A DNA stretch of 64,000 nt, from assembly GCA_012295275.1 (NCBI GenBank), contig CM022673.1:26660001-26724000 (forward strand), read 5' to 3'. The stretch is from Chrysomallon squamiferum. Its lineage: Eukaryota; Animalia; Mollusca. This document shows positions 42,182 to 54,964 of the stretch, piece after piece. Within the stretch, counting starts at the first letter, position 1. Each line of letters begins with the position of its first letter. A model generated the notes under the pieces. It worked only from the letters and a program-made list of their open reading frames with translations. It made no database searches and had not been told where the DNA came from. Position numbers and translations under genes: made by a program.

Positions 42182-43845
42182 ACAAACAGTTCACACATAC
42201 ACTGTCTCTCCTATAAATCATCTTAAACTCATCTCTTTTCTCTCTCACATATACACACCATCTCTCTCTAAACACACCATTTCTCAGATAAAACACACAC
42301 AGAAACACACATTCTCACTTTCTTTCTCACAGACAAAAACAGTTCTTATATAATCAGAGTTACACCTATAAAGCCATACACACAAACACAGCATATGTAC
42401 ACACACACACACATATACACAGACACTCCATATACAGATATTCCAAACATAACACACACAACATTCAAGCACAACACAAACACAGCACACTGATACACAT
42501 ACACACACATGCATTTATACACACACATACACACACATACAAAACATGACTGCACAACAAACATAGACACTGATACAAACACACACTATGGACACACACA
42601 CACACACACATTCAAACACAATATATGCAAGAAACACAAACATACACAAACACAGACATGCAAACACTCACAAGCTCACTTCTAGGAGACAGACCACGAC
42701 AACAAAACTTCACATCAAAATTACACGACTTTTTACAATTCAGTACATTGATAAACATTAGAATTAAATTCCAAAGAAAGGTCAGAATTATGAAGAATAG
42801 GGCTGTAAGCACGAGTACAAATTAACTGTTTTGTGGTCAATAATTTTTCTCATTGGTGAGTTAAAGCTTAGGTGTCTGTCTGAATGTACAATCTGTTACT
42901 GGATCAATGCATTTGAGTGCAGTGTTTCCTCAAATTCCAAATGAATTGTAAACTAAAACCATTCTTGTTAGTAAGTTGATACATCATGTACACACGTATG
43001 AGATTTCTAACATCAGCAGATTTCTGTTTCAAATGACGTTTCTGCTGAAAATGAACTGTTTAAAACTTCAGTTTTTTTTTTTTTTAAAATGAAAGAATTT
43101 TGTTCACAGAAATGGGTATTTATTTAGCAGCTGGTTTACAAATTACTGTAAAAATAAAATGTTAAATCTGTTTCAAAAGTGATTTCAGTTGTGAAAAGTG
43201 TTCTAATTTAAGACAAAATGTATGAATTTTTGTGCTAATTGCATGAGGCCTAATACAATGGTCAGGTCACAACTGTAACAGATGCTGTGACCTCACTGGT
43301 AAAAATGTCACACTGTGGTTTACTTAGTTTAATTATCAGACTGAATCTATAGAATTTGTTCAACGAGAATTTGATTAGATGAAAGTTTCTCCACAAACGC
43401 TTAATACATAGGACTTTTCAGTGTAATCCGTTACAGACCAGGTTACTTTTAAAAAAAAAAAAAATGACTGATTCAGCTTTCAGATTTTAACCATCTGTTA
43501 AAAACGAAAAACATGTATTTAATTTTGTTAGCATTATTTTAAAAACATTATTTTTTTAATTTTTAAAAGAAAGGATTTGTTTGGCTTTCAGATTTTTGCT
43601 ATTGATTAAAAATAAAAAATGTATTTTTTTTTTGTTTAAATTATTTTAACAATCATTGCATGCTTATGAAACGTAATTGCAGTTTATCATATAACAATAT
43701 TATATTTACTTATATCTATATATATATTATGTTATCTAGGAAATACTGTAATTATGTTTACATGTATGTATTTATGTATGTATTAACATATTGTATGTGT
43801 ATATCTATCTATCTATGTATATATGTATGTGCGTATATTCTACAG

Positions 43846-43963
43846 GACACCAACAATGGCTGGAGGTTTGTTTGCTATCAGTAGAGAATATTTCAAACAC
43901 ATAGGAACTTATGATCCTGGAATGGATATTTGGGGTGGTGAAAATCTGGAACTTTCCTTTAGA
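43846..43963 (+). CDS. GALNT: ppGalNAc-T exon (Gal/GalNAc-T motif)
   Basis: TACAG|[40 protein letters not shown] |GTAAGT. Confidence 0.98.
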
Positions 43964-44002
43964 GTAAGTTGTGCCAGTTTATTAATAAAATAATCATTTA
44001 AA

Positions 44003-44038
<36 letters not shown>

Positions 44039-44374
44039 AATATTATCAAAAAATATCTTCAAACTGTTGTAAATTAAACAAATTAATTTCTCATACCATT
44101 AACTTCTATAATAAGACTAGATAATTCAGAGCTATTTTTAAAAATCACTTATTTTATAAGACATTATAATATAATATATATATATATATTCTTACTCATA
44201 CTATATTCAAATTCTTAGTTTTTATAACCATATATTCTATCTAATATTTATAGATATATCTAGTTACAGAACTATTTGACGTTCCAGTATTGTTTATGCA
44301 GTATAATAATTTTAGAAAGTTATTATTCGGGTATGAAATGTTTATGTTATGGAACATTATGATGTTATTTTCAG

Positions 44375-44560
44375 GTGTGGATGTGTGGGGGAACTCTAGA
44401 AATCATTCCTTGTTCTCACGTTGGTCACATATTTCGTAAACGGAGCCCGTACAAGTGGAAATCAGGAGTCAACGTCGTGAAAAAAAACTCTATACGTGTA
44501 GCAGAAGTGTGGATGGACGAATATAAAAATTATTACTACGAGAGATTTAATTATGATTTA
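44375..44560 (+). CDS. GALNT: ppGalNAc-T exon
   Basis: TTTCAG| [62 protein letters not shown] |GTAAGT; the KW.SGVNV.K.NSIR segment is typical of pgant9/gly-5. Confidence 0.98.
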
Positions 44561-45086
44561 GTAAGTGTTAGGTGTTTCAGTCCACTGTTTCCTTTCTAGC
44601 ACTGTACATTGGCTTTACAGTTCAGTTATTTAATGTTTAGTTGCTGGTATTTGAATTACTTTTTTTGTTGTTGTTGTTGTTAATATTTTGATTTAAGGAA
44701 ATAGGAGTGATTTAGAAAATGACATTTTGTTTAGATAGTGGATTTTAAAATAAGAAGAATAATATTTTTTAATTCTGTTTTATTTCTGGAAATATTTTAA
44801 TGGGCTTTTCCTTAGAATTAGCATTTGAATGTAAATGAGTAAATGAAATCTTCTTTTGTTTACTAATATAAATTTTGTAACATAATAACTATTAAATTAA
44901 TGCAGGCAACATTTTTTCTTAAAGCTCAAATCATACCTTAAAATGAGAGAGTATGAGAAAGATTTTTTAGACTATAAACATGAAATGATCTGCACAGCAG
45001 TGGTAGTTTTATATTCATATTCAAATATTTTTCTCTTTGTGAAGTCAATCACTATTCTACTTTTCATCTTTTGTTTTGAATTACAG

Positions 45087-45215
45087 GGTGACTATGGAGA
45101 TGTCACTGATAGAAAAGAACTGAGAAAACAGCTAAAATGTAAAACATTTGACTGGTTTGTTAAAAATGTCTACCCAGATCTTTTTGTTCCAGGGGAAGCA
45201 ATTGCATCAGGGGAG
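45087..45215 (+). CDS. GALNT: ppGalNAc-T exon (end of catalytic domain and linker)
   Basis: TTACAG| GDYGDVTDRKELRKQLKCKTFDWFVKNVYPDLFVPGEAIASGE |GTAAC. Confidence 0.97.
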
Positions 45216-45451
45216 GTAACTACGTAAATTTTTGTTTTTGTGTTTTTTTTGGCTTTAACTAATACTTTTTATTTAACTCATCATTAAACAGATACACACA
45301 CACACAAACAAACAAATTCACAAAATACAGAAGCACTGCATTTGACTATATACTTTAACTTAATGTTTGAAAAAAAAGATGAATTTGGTGTTAGGTTTTA
45401 AACTGAAAAATACGTTTTAAAATATATAATTTTTTTAAATGTTCTTTTCAG

Positions 45452-45556
45452 ATTCGTAGCAAAGCTAGGCCTATGTGCATTGACAGTCCAGTGGACCATC
45501 ACAACTACCACAAACCTGTCAACATGTGGCCTTGTCACAACCAAGGTGGAAATCAG
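45452..45556 (+). CDS. GALNT: ppGalNAc-T exon (ricin lectin alpha repeat)
   Basis: TTTTCAG| IRSKARPMCIDSPVDHHNYHKPVNMWPCHNQGGNQ |GTAC; CxD..CH..GGNQ motif. Confidence 0.96.
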
Positions 45557-46079
45557 GTACAGAGACAACAATAATCACTTTCCAACAGAGAAAACATACC
45601 TCTAACGATCAACAAATTCATTTTAATTAGACGTTTTCATATATCTAACCCATATATATTCACATATAATATTCATACCTGAATTCATAACAAAAATAAA
45701 AATTGTGCAATGGGTCAAAAATCTATAAGCTGTTTTCTACACTTTGTCTAAACTATCAGAATTATACAAAGAACAATATGAATACAGTTCAAGGCAGAAC
45801 AGAATTGCTAATTAATAACTCAGCAACAGTTTTTACAGCATTGAAAGTTATCAAGGAAAAATTCTGTGGATTTTTTATTTTCTCCATTGTAATCATTTCT
45901 GCAGAACTGTAAAAATTAGAATTATTATTATTATGGTAGTAAGTAAAAAGTAAATTAAAGAATAGTAACTGTACAGAATTATGAAGTGTTAAATATTGTA
46001 CAGAATTTTAACTTTATTATTCTATGAGAGTAAATACAAATAAAAGAATATTGTACAATCAGAACTTGTAATTAAAATT

Positions 46080-46600
46080 AGTAAATAAGTATAAAGTATA
46101 AAGTATGTATAAAATGTGTTTCAGTACTGGATGCTGAGTAAAACAGTAGTAACTAAGTATAAAGTATAAAGATTAAAGTATGTATAAAACTGTGTTTCAG
46201 TACTGGATGCTGAGTAAAACAGTAGTAACTAAGTATAAAGTATAAAGATATAAAGTATGTATAAAACTGTGTTTCAGTACTGGATGTTGGAAGACAGTAG
46301 TAAATAAGTATAAAGTATAAAAGTATGTAGGGATGTGTTTCAGTCTGGATTAAGACAGGGGTAAATGAGGATGTTATCATTTAACCCTGTGTTTCAGTAC
46401 TGGATGAAACCAGACAGTAGTAAATAAGTATAAAAGTATGATGTAGTTAAAACTGTGTTTCATCATTGGATGTTGAGTCATCATCATAGTAATCATCATA
46501 AATATCATAAAACTGTGTTTCAGTACTGGATGCTCATAAAATCATAATAATTATAAAGTATAAATCATTATAAAATGTGTTTCAGTACTGGATTTGTATG
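46080..46600 (+). repeat. ~76-bp tandem array of the lectin-beta exon acceptor plus the first 7 codons (3 clean, ~5 degraded copies)
   Basis: ..TGTGTTTCAG|TACTGGATGCTGAGTAAAACAG = YWMLSKT, continuing GGNQ. Exon-start copies at 46125, 46201, 46278, ~46344, 46398, ~46464, 46524, 46585. Confidence 0.9.
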
Positions 46601-46675
46601 TAGAGATAAATTCAGGGATGACGGTGTTTGTATATCAGGAACATTTTGTCAGAAGGGCTGATGGTTTACAAGAAG
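46125..46675 (+). CDS. GALNT: ppGalNAc-T lectin-beta exon, present only as scrambled fragments
   Basis: Fragments YWMLSKT; AAG ACA GGG (KTG, ~46352); GAT GTT ATC ATT TA.CCCTGT (DVII-PC, ~46370); AGG GAT GAC GG (RDDG, ~46614); CAG AAG GGC (QKG); TAC AAG AAG|GTGAT donor at 46676, phase 0 to the last exon. Confidence 0.55.
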
Positions 46676-46954
46676 GTGATTTATTTTTTCTTTGACATTA
46701 TCATCATCACCATTATTATTAGAGAAATAATTTTGTGTGTGTGTATCTGTGTGTGTGTTTGAGTGTGTGTTGTGTGTGTGTGTTTTCATAAGTTGTGTGT
46801 GTACATCAGTGTGTGTGTGAGTGTTTGTGTGTGTGTGTGTGTGTGTGTAATGTCTGTGTTAATCTATAAGAACAGTTGATATTTTTCAGCTGTTGATTTC
46901 TTTTCTTAGTGATCAGTGTTTGTACATCATTTGTTTATAATGTGTGTTTGTGGG

Positions 46955-46994
<40 letters not shown>

Positions 46995-47139
46995 GTTTCA
47001 TGTATGAATTAGACAGTGATGTAAACTGTTTTAATAAACATTTTTATTAAATAAAAATGAGTTTTAAATGAAGCTGATTTAAACTGTTTTTAAAAAACAG
47101 GGTTTTAACTTAACCTGTTTGGTTTTGTTTTGTTTTCAG

Positions 47140-47288
47140 GACAACACTTTGTTGCATGTGAACACACAGAAGTGCGCCGAGGTTTCGGTGGATGGGAAGA
47201 AGCTGATGATGCGGGCGTGTGCACGGGCGTCGACAGGCAGATATGGCAGTGGAAGAGAAAACCACCCAGTGGACCAATGAAGCATTAG
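47140..47288 (+). CDS. GALNT: ppGalNAc-T last coding exon (lectin gamma repeat) with an apparent 2-nt insertion
   Basis: TTTTCAG| DNTLLHVNTQKCAEVSVDGKKLMMRAC. Removing one GT at ~47217-47221 gives TGVDRQIWQWKRKPPSGPMKH* (QxW motif, TAG 47286-47288). As assembled, it stops at TGA 47278-47280. Confidence 0.88.
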
Positions 47289-47794
47289 AATTTTTTTTTT
47301 TTAATTTAAATTTTTTTATATTTCAAAGTAACAATTAACAAAAGTAGAGAATAATAAAAGAAAGAAGACAAACAAAAAACAAAAATAGTAGTAACCAGTA
47401 ATTAAAACATTTCTGTGGATTTTTAAAACTCCTCTTCTTTGAACAGTTTAGAGCTATGTGGATGATTTTTATTTTGTCGATTGCCATATCTATGCAAATC
47501 AGATTAGGATATGGATTGTTTTTTTTTTTTTTTTTTTGTATTTTTATTACTACCCTGTCTCTGGTAGAAATGGGAAAAACTAGCATTCCATTGATTGTTG
47601 CTGAGACAAAAAGAAGTAATGATGTTACCTACATCTCGCAATCCAGCGTGCCTTTGGTCAATGATGCCTTCTACAAGTGCATTGCAGTGGACACAAAACA
47701 ATTTTACTTGAGAACTTTCTGGACGATTGTTTTGCTGTGCTTTATTATGTGATGTGTGTAAATTTAAAAAAAAAAAAAATGCAACTGCTTAAAC

Positions 47795-48293
47795 CAGTGA
47801 TTTCCAATCAGTGAATATCTACATGACAGGTCTGCGAATCTGCCAACATTGACTGATTTCCCCAAAAGCTCTAGGTTCCTTCCAAACATTTTCAAAGGTT
47901 CTTCAGAGCTCTGGTAATCCTGAGCTCTAGATACCTTCCAGATATCTTTAAGGGTTCTTCAGATGTCTGAGTTACTTCTAGACATCTTGGAGGGTTTTTT
48001 AGATTCCCTCCTGACATTTTAAAGGGTTCTGCAGAGCTCAGACATTTTGCCAGACTCTTCGAAGGGTTCCACTTGGCTGTAGGTTTCTTTCAGTGATCTA
48101 GGTTTCTTTCAGTGATCTAGGTTCCTTCCAAACATATTCAGTGGTTTGACAAAGGTCTAAGGATTCCATCAGCACTCTTCAAGGATTGCACAAAAAAAAC
48201 CTGTTAATATATTAAATTATAAACTTTTCAGTTCCTGAGTTAACGAAGAAAGAAAGAAAGAAAATGCAGTAGGAAAATGGTTGGAAATCACAG
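47795..48293. mobile_element. MITE-like element (hAT-type ends) with internal degenerate ~40-bp repeats
   Basis: Left end CAGTGATTTCCAATCA and right end TGGTTGGAAATCACAG are a 14/16 inverted match. The interior has repeated GCTCTAGGTTCCTTCCAAACAT..AAGGGTTCTTCAGA units. No clean TSD. Confidence 0.5.
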
Positions 48294-50653
48294 GTGAACA
48301 CAAAAGCGTACAACAAACTACTTAGGTTTATATTTACAAAAATCTACTATGACCTTGTTAGTTAGTTTAGAATTATGTGAATTTATACATACAGCCAGGA
48401 AATAATTTTTTTTTTTTTTCTTGTTAATTTTCATGGCTCACATATCCTATTAAACAAAACTAATACTTACCCTGAAATTAATAATTTCAGTTTTGCATTA
48501 AGTTTAATGAAATATTCACTGAACTGGTTTAACTGGGAAGAATTACTTTAATCACCTGTTTCCTTACATTTTAATATACATTTTTAATCTACTTATATTT
48601 TGCACACGTGCAAAAAAAATCTGTGTATGTGTTAAAGAACGTAACACATTTTGATGCCGTTTTTACATTCCTTGAACTTGCATTCCATATAGAAGTGTAC
48701 AAAATGTTTTGTTATCCAGTGAAATAACATGAACCATGCATGACTGATATTATGTTGTAAATCTTTGTTGAAGAAAATTTTAAACAGATAATTATTTTGA
48801 AAAAGAAGCTTTCATTGATTTTATTTTTGCGTTTTTTTGTTTTGGGATTAAACCTGTTGTATTTTGTGAATGATGATAACGCAGTTATTAATGGAGAGTG
48901 TATAAAAAAAACATTTCTTGGTTTTTTTGTTGTTTTTTGAGGTGAACTGTGTTGTATAATCTTTGTTTAAGTTTTGGATAAGACAAATCCAAGTGTGTGT
49001 TCGGAAGATGAAAATGTGGGCACAATCAGTAAGTGGCATCCTCACTGGGCAACTTCTTGTAACGATTCATCAAAAATGATCAATTTTTTTTTTTTTTTTT
49101 TTTTTTATATAGGTCATTAAAATTTGTCACCATAAGGCTGATATAAAACTTGTGATGAAATTTTATTTTTTATAATGAAAACAGAGCTGGTTTTATGTCT
49201 TTCATAAAAACATCTTTATTAATAAATTTTTTTTTGGTTGGCAGAGGGGGTTTTTTGTCTTTGTTTTCATTATAATCTTTAATTCTTTTTTTTCTTTTTC
49301 TTTTCTTTTCTTCTTCTTCCTTTTTTATTTATTTATTTTATTAATTTAATTTTCTGTTAATATATTTAAATTCAGAAAGTTAACAAAGGCAAAAGGGAAT
49401 GCAGCAATTATTTTACATTTTCACTGGTTGAAAGAAATATGAGGTTTGTTTTACAAACTGATAAAAAAGACAAACAGTTCTGGAATTTTAACCGTTTGTT
49501 TAGCAGTCAAAACTTGAGAATGCCTTTAGAGCACAATTTAAACTGTATTATCAGAATAATAAAAATTGTCTTGTTTTACAGGGAAAATGGCAAACTGATT
49601 TGTTTTAAAATGTTGATAGAGGGCAAATATGAAAATTGCTTTATTACAATTTATAGCACAATTAAGATGCAAAAGAGTACAATTTAAATTGTTTTAACAT
49701 GATGTCATTGAACAAAAATATTAAAATTATTTTATTTATTTAATAAATTTATAACAAAACAGTACAATTTAAATTATTGTAATTAATGTTGAAACAGTGC
49801 AACTGTGAAACTTAATGAAACATACTGAAAATATTATTACACATAACTCAAAATAGTTCAGTTTAAATTATTTTAACATGTTGACACAGTGCAAAACTTG
49901 TTTTAATGTGTTGGTATAACTTATCACACTATTATCAGAATGCAGAAGTTCAGTTTAAATTATTTTAACAAAGTGGTACCATCTAGAATTAACATTTAGA
50001 ATTCAAAACAATACTTTTTAAGTTGTTTCAAACATGTTGACCAAACAGAAAATGGATCAGAGCTGATACAGAATATGTCAGAATAGATTATGAAAGTATG
50101 ATTTGTTTTCAAACAAGTTGTTGCAAAGTGAGGATGTCATCTTCAGCCGTTGTGGATGATGTTTACAACTGGTAATTTATGTCATGCATTTTGTAACTGA
50201 AAAATCGTGCAATCAGCATTTTTGTTATTAAAACAATATCACATTTTAGCGTGTGTACGATTCTTTGAACAGTGACTGTTTGAACGGTTGTATGCAACCA
50301 TCCTAATTTTTTGTTTTATGTTTGTGTATGTCTGTATATCTGTGTGTTTTGTGTGTGTGTGCATGCGTGCGTGTGTGCACATGCGTGTCAGAAAAACAGT
50401 TTTAATCAACAGTGAGGATTTTTTATCCTCTTTTCATGGCCCCTAATTATTTTTTTATGTAACCGTTTTAGTTTCTGTAGAACTGTTGTTATTTTACAGT
50501 GATAGCAAATTCTAAAAAATTAAACAAATTAATTATTTTTGTATGGTTGGTAGTGAGCTTCTGTAGTGATAAACTTATTAATATATCTGTGTATCCCAAC
50601 AAGAAAGTATTTTTTGTTAACGTCTGTCTGTGTATATATTTAATTGTGTAAAT

Positions 50654-50659
50654 AATAAA
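50654..50659 (+). terminator. Candidate poly(A) signal for the GALNT transcript
   Basis: AATAAA followed ~25-70 nt later by a GT/T-rich element. AATAAA is common in this AT-rich DNA, so the evidence is weak. Confidence 0.15.
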
Positions 50660-53600
50660 ATCATAATTGTGGGATTCTCATTTGCTGGTTTACTGTTGGG
50701 TTAAAATGACTTTGTGCTGTCTTTTTTTTTAATTTATTTTTTTTTTTTTGGTGTGGCAGAAATTTCAACGGTTTTGCTTCGTAATGAACTTCTAATAATG
50801 TTAAAATATAATTATGTACAAATTTTCAAATTTCATTAATTAATTGTTCATCAGACATCCATATAAATGTGTCGTACCATTGAAATAATGAATTTACAAA
50901 TTGCAATTAGTATATTTATTATTATTAGAAATAATTATTATCACATTATCTGTTGGTGTTTTTTTTTTGGGGGGGGCTTGTTTGTTATTTAATTTATCAC
51001 AGTCAAAATAATAATGAATTTAAGATTATTATAAACAAACTAGCTTTGTTTTTTTTAATAAAATCACATATCAACAAATCCAGGTGTAAAATGGAAAATT
51101 TGAGTGTTTAACAATAAATTGTTTCTTTATTCTTTAATAATGAGAATATTTCAAACAGTAAAAAAATCTTTGAAATTTTTTAGACTGAATTTACGTCATT
51201 ATACCCCCAAGCGAATTAGAATTCTTTTTTTTTTTTTTTTTTTTTAATGAATACATATTCATACAATTACTTAATGCATCAATTACACAATCACTTCTCA
51301 TGCAGTATTACACTATTTGTTGTTATTTATCCTTGTGAAAATGTTAATTATTTAAAATGTTTATACAACTTGGGCTTCCTTGTAAAACTATTACATATTC
51401 TATCAGTACTCTGCAGATATAAATCAAGGATGTTTCGTCTTTGTTTCAAAATACATTTTTAATTTGTGTTTTGTGTTACGGAAAAATTACATAAAGTTTC
51501 TCTTTTATTACATTCTGACATGAATCTGTAACTGTTTTCCTTATTAATCAGAATATAATATTTGAGTGTTGTAAACCATTTAGTAAAACTATTTTGAAGA
51601 TCACAACCAATATTAAAAAGGTAAAAATAAAATTTGTAATCTATAATTAAATTGTTTATCAGTTAAAATCAGTTAAGAAATGAAAATTATACTTAAAATA
51701 ATGATTTTAGTTTGATTAAAACTTGATTATTATTTTATTTGAAAACAAATTAATTTTGATTTCATTTTAATACCAGAAAGAAAAAGATTTACATACAATT
51801 TCAGTGATATTTAAAAGTTTAGCAGGAAACGTCTTTATAACTGAAATGTAATGTGTTAAAAACAAATGTCTAGTCTTTATATACATTCACACATACATTG
51901 ATTTTAAAATTTGCTTTATTGTTTAAAAAGATTTTTTTAATATAGTAAATAAAGCAAAAATAAAAATCATACAAGAATATTGCATCTACTTAAAATGTTT
52001 ACCTCTACAATTTGTTGTTTTCTGGTCTTGTAGTAACACAAGCTTCACCACTGAGGTTATAAACAATAACAACATATTGTTAAATAACATTTGTATATAT
52101 ATATATTTGATCATTTTACATACATTTTAACTTCTATTTTCTATTTTTTTTATTTTTTTTTTTTAAACTTCTGCAAAGCATTATACTTTGGCATAATTTA
52201 ACTGAACCTGTTTGGTCAATATCCTTGTCTGGATGGATTTAAAAAAAGTGAAAAAACAAAATAATGACAGAATTTGAATATACATTTTTATATCTTTATA
52301 ACATATCAAACTTTGGACCCCTATCACAAAACTACACAATAGAATACTTCATAAAGCTTGTTGTGCAAATGTAGACTGTTTTTAATTTGCAAATTTGTTT
52401 TGAAGAGCAAGTAAAAAATTGTGTATGGTGTTGCTGTTATTAAAAATATACTGCTGTTGATGTGTACTGTACTGGCAAAATGAAGTGCCTTTTGAAATAA
52501 ATATGATTTTCTAAAATTATGTTTTTATTAGTTTTCTTTCTGCTTGTAACAGTTCTGCATCCTAAAGAAGAGAGTTTTGTAGAAACAGAAAAACAAAGAA
52601 TACAAGCCAATAATACATACATAAGTACTCTTTTTAACCCAAATGACGTTTAATTAACATTTTCCTATGACAAGAAATAATACACAAAAACAATTAATAA
52701 ACTGGTACAATTAAAAAAACAAAAACTGACAGATGTCTTCCAACAAATGTAAGGGTGATTAAAATTGCATACTTGTTATAAAAAATACTTTGAACTGTTA
52801 GAACAAAAAAAAAATTAAATTTTAAAAGATTATATATATATATATATATATCAATACTGGGACTGGCAATGTTTTTTTCAAAAATAATTTGAGACCCAAA
52901 GGTCAAGAACTGGCCCAGGCCTGACAAACAGTGACATTGCCTCTCTTCCATTCATGTTTATCAAGACTTGTACTCTCATTCTGTACTCCTTTTATTTTTA
53001 AAAATACAAAATAAAACCACTGAAACAACACAGGTCATATTCCTCTCAATGTTAACTAGTGAAGTTAATGCATCATTACTGACAACAGGCAAGAAGCATT
53101 GTGGTCTCTACTCTAGAGGCTATTTCAGCACAGAATTCACTGTCTACAGTTTTGAATTCAGCTGTCATGATTAAGTAAAGTAGAAATATTACTGTAGAAG
53201 CTGAAAAGTCTCTCCTTCCCCATCACTCCAAAAAAAAATAATAAAAAAATAAAAAAATAAAATAACCCCAAAAATATGTAAAAAAGGAGCTGCAATTACT
53301 AAAGCATGGTGTGATTTGGTCTTGATAATTTTGTTCATTTAGGAAGAGAGCATGCATACAGGAAATATTTGTTTTATTTGCAAATATTCTGTAACATACA
53401 ATACAATGCTAAACTGTTTTAAGAAGAAATACACACATGAAAAATAAAAAGATGAAAATATTTTTTTTAAAAAGAAGTGAAAACTAAAATGGAAACAGTT
53501 TTGACTGAAATACAAAACTAAATGATGAATTTTTAAAAGAATAATAAAAAAATATATATATGAGGTAAAGATTTAAGAAAAGTGAAAAATAAATGATTAA

Positions 53601-54906
53601 AAACAGTTTTAAGTGAAGTGAAAAATGAAATTATGAAAACAGTTTGGAAAACAAAAAGTAAAATGATGTAAACAATTATAAATGAAAAACAAAATGGTGG
53701 AGATAGTTTCAAGTGAAATCAAAACTAAAATGACAAAAACAGTCCCACAAGATGCGAAAAGGAAGAACTGAAAATTAGATTATTTTAAAGACAGTTTTAA
53801 ATATGTCTGACAATTACCTATATATTCACACAACATAATTAAAACAGAGAAACACTGGAGAGAAACATTTATTGGATCAGCAAACAAGAAAAACAAGAAA
53901 ATTAAAAATGTTAAAATTGTGATGTATTATCAAATACATATTTGTTTCTGTTTACTAGCATTTAGTTTTCTCACATTCTTCAATGATTTCTACGATTTCT
54001 AACCAATGGCAGAAATCATAGTCTACTCTTTCTAACTAATGAAGGATCTTTAACATTTTTCTATGACAAGTAATAGCAGTAGTTTACAGAGCTAAGTAAT
54101 AGGATTCTAAAGTAAACATGTAAGTAAAACTAAATTTAAAAAGAATGAAAAATAACTGAGATTATGTTCAATGATTCCTGTTAAAAAAAAAAAAAAATAT
54201 TTTCATTATTAATGCAACTGTTATCATTATTATTCTTGTACTCATCATCATCATTTATTATCATCATCAAATATATTTAAATTTTTTAGACAAATCAGCC
54301 AGACAGACATTTACAAATTTTACAATACAACCTGGTCAAAAAGTGGTTAAGATTGCTTCATCCAAAACTGCTATATTTTTTTGTTTGACCATTTGAAATT
54401 TGATATCCATACTTTTCTCTAGTATTTCAGAGGGTGAAAATGCAGATATTTAATATTTATGACATTATTGGTGGATTAGTTGGATATGTTGTGGTTTTTA
54501 TTTGTTAGGATTTGTTTTCTGAAAATATAACTATATTAAAAACAGTATTTAGTTAAGGATAAACGTGGTTTTTGTTGCTGTTTTTTAATCCAAGATTAAA
54601 CTATCAAAAACCTGTGGAAAACTTTTTCCATTATAAAAATATTTTTGATTTTGAAAAGGAAATCCTGAAAATTATCCATTAGTAAGTCATTTGATAATAA
54701 ACAGAGCAAATACAATTAAAATTTTGACTTTTACTGAAAGTAACATTATTGTAAGATTTTCTAGAAACTGAGTTTTTTTTTTTTTCTTTTTTGAAGAACA
54801 ATTTTAAAAACATTTTCTTGAAACTGGAAAAAAAAAAAAAATGCTCATACACACACACATAACTATTTACAGGAAAAAAAATGTAAATTTAAAATTAAAA
54901 TTAATA

Positions 54907-54964
<58 letters not shown>

